NCBI GenBank assembly: GCA_964345235.1
Contig: CAYFQE010000004.1
Location: 4,366-68,365, forward strand
Source of the DNA: an uncultured Oscillospiraceae bacterium
Lineage (GTDB): Bacteria; Bacillota; Clostridia; Oscillospirales; Oscillospiraceae
Direction of reading: 5' to 3'
DNA length: 64,000 nt
Both the position numbers and the translations under genes were made by a program. A model generated the notes under the pieces. That model made no database searches. It was given only the letters and a program-made list of their open reading frames with translations, and was not told the DNA's origin. Below, piece by piece: positions 62,476 to 64,000 of the stretch (position 1 is the stretch's first letter; each line of letters begins with the position of its first letter).

Positions 62476-63498
62476 TTATGCGTAAAAATCGTGCCTTCCT
62501 ATTGTCTTTATATATGTAAGTTCGCTCTTAAACCAGTTGTCGGCGCCGACCTTGGGATTGACGAAGTACAGACTGCCCCCCGACATTTCGACTCCTTCGA
62601 AGCAGAGCTTTGCGGCAATTGTAGACTCCTCGCTCGGGCTCACATTTATGTTGCCCGTTTCCGTGGGTCCGAACTGGACACCGTACTCTCTATCGAAAAT
62701 AACTCCAAGCACATCATCGGGAAAGCCCGGCGTTTTAACACGATTTAAAACAACATTGCCAACCGCTATCTTGCCCTCGAGAGGCTCTTTTCCCGCCTCG
62801 GCTTCAATAAGCCTTGAGAGCCAATATAAGTCGCTGTCGGCGTAAACCTCGGCCGAGGTTTTTACTCTGTATGAAACTCCCTCTTCGAGCTTGAAATCCA
62901 CTTGCTTCATATCGACGCTTGCTTCATAACTCAAGCCGTAAAAACCGCAGAGCATATCCAGCGGATAGTAAATCTTTGTAGGTGTCTTAATAATATCGCT
63001 CGGCGGAACCACGGCTCTGTCGCCGACTTCGATATATGTCCCGTATTCCGAAACCTTAAACAATGTGCCTCCTATATATTCGCCGTTCATGCTCTCGCCC
63101 AGTATGCTGGCAAACTGCCATATTGCCGCATATATCTTTCCGTCGAACATGGGAAGCCTTACACAGGCGACATCGTTTACATAGGCTGTTAGATAGTTCA
63201 TCTCGGGTTCGGAACCCATACGGCGAAGCTTCGAGGGCATCGAGGCTGACGGCACACTTCCTGCAGGTTTGCTTGGCGCTGCGACAACATTTGAAGTTTG
63301 CGGCGTGTCTTCGGCCGTAGCTTCTGCTAAAACTGCGGACGATGCGGGCGCCATCCAATAGTAACCTTCTTCACTTGCCCGCTTGGGATCTATAACTAAA
63401 GAGCCCGAAAAAGCAAGCATAATAAATACAAATGCCAGAACCGTTGCCATCTTCTTTTTTTGTTTTTTTGTAAATTCGACAGTGAACATTTTTTTCAT
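62476..63498 (-). CDS. Cell-wall hydrolase, SleB/CwlJ (Hydrolase_2) family, with an N-terminal TM/stalk region
   Basis: C-terminal DLYWLSRLIEAEAGKEPLEGKIAVGNVVLNRVKTPGFPDDVLGVIF...QFGP...SLYFVNP is the spore-cortex-lytic Hydrolase_2 signature. Confidence 0.8.
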   Translation of the reverse strand: MKKMFTVEFTKKQKKKMATVLAFVFIMLAFSGSLVIDPKRASEEGYYWMAPASSAVLAEATAEDTPQTSNVVAAPSKPAGSVPSASMPSKLRRMGSEPEMNYLTAYVNDVACVRLPMFDGKIYAAIWQFASILGESMNGEYIGGTLFKVSEYGTYIEVGDRAVVPPSDIIKTPTKIYYPLDMLCGFYGLSYEASVDMKQVDFKLEEGVSYRVKTSAEVYADSDLYWLSRLIEAEAGKEPLEGKIAVGNVVLNRVKTPGFPDDVLGVIFDREYGVQFGPTETGNINVSPSEESTIAAKLCFEGVEMSGGSLYFVNPKVGADNWFKSELTYIKTIGRHDFYA

Positions 63499-64000
63499 AA
63501 AGCACCGCTCCGCTCAAAGTACATTTGATTGAAATAATTCTAAAAATCTGAAGTCTTTGCTGTTTTCTAACATAATTATACTTTAAAAGTTGAAATATTC
63601 TCAATCATCAATATGCACAAATAGCTTTTATCCTTTTCGTATAAAACGACGAGCGAGACTATCGCTTGTATTATATTACATGTTTTACGATTTTTCACCC
63701 TATATCTTGTGTCAACAATTTGCATAAAAATTTCAGATTTTACCAAAATATTTCAAAATTATCTTAAAAATTACAAATTGGTTTCAATTTTCACCGGTTT
63801 TTAGCCCGTTGATGCGAAAATAATTGATATTATGTAAACCCTTTTAATGAATATTTTTGCCCCAATTTTTATATTCTTAAATTGTGTTCTGTATTTTTAA
63901 GCCCACAAACTATATATATTTTCCCCACTTCACCCATTATATGTGTTGTTATCTTCCTCTAAAGCCACACTTCAACCAAAATTAGCTTTTTTATCATTTT

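Noticed and set aside
1-64000. CRISPR arrays, rRNA genes, insertion sequences, prophage or toxin-antitoxin/defence modules.
   Set aside because: There are no regularly spaced direct repeats, no 16S/23S/5S-like sequence, and no transposase, integrase, terminase or recognisable defence-gene motifs in any ORF. The lone XRE regulator (4108-4344) has no adjacent toxin-like partner.

Overview
This 64-kb chromosomal window reads like an anaerobic, spore-forming Firmicute of the Clostridia type. That is an inference from BofA, a SleB-like cortex hydrolase, an [FeFe]-hydrogenase, a 2-oxoacid:ferredoxin oxidoreductase and Gram-positive lipoprotein signal peptides. I support about 60 protein genes and 2 tRNAs (Thr-CGU, Gly-GCC). 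I found no rRNA, CRISPR array, transposase, integrase or phage genes.

Most of the window is housekeeping:
- a peptide-type ABC importer at the left edge
- a SEDS protein
- the t6A genes, split into two opposed units (tsaE-tsaB and rimI-tsaD)
- upp
- a translationally coupled string: FAD-protein, uvrB, polA, rimI, tsaD, radC
- a parE/parC-like topoisomerase pair
- bofA and cardiolipin synthase
- rpmG-secE-nusG-rplK-rplA (rpmG is missing from the ORF track)
- folC, ruvX, mfd, a prsA-like gene, rsmG and a sleB-like gene

The less ordinary content is:
1. An eight-gene operon (24.7-31.0 kb): YkvI-like transporter, PanE-family reductase, an orphan SIMIBI-like P-loop NTPase, a 4-subunit 2-oxoacid:ferredoxin oxidoreductase and a YheO-like regulator.
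2. That regulator is split exactly at an A_AAA_AAG heptamer, and a -1 shift restores the full-length protein.
3. A membrane-anchored protein with a C-type-lectin-like domain.
4. A TetR / MMPL (with a long coiled-coil tail) / secreted heptad-repeat protein module with a perfect palindromic operator candidate.
5. An [FeFe]-hydrogenase paired with a NuoF-C-terminal/GltD-like flavoprotein.
6. Two gene remnants marking rearrangement junctions: the aconitase N-terminus next to tRNA-Gly, and the UDP-glucose dehydrogenase C-terminus.
7. A low-GC OpuB/OpuC-type osmoprotectant ABC operon.

All functional calls rest on my own motif recognition and gene context. No database search was run. Several ORF-track starts were trimmed on the basis of SD spacing, overlaps or terminators.
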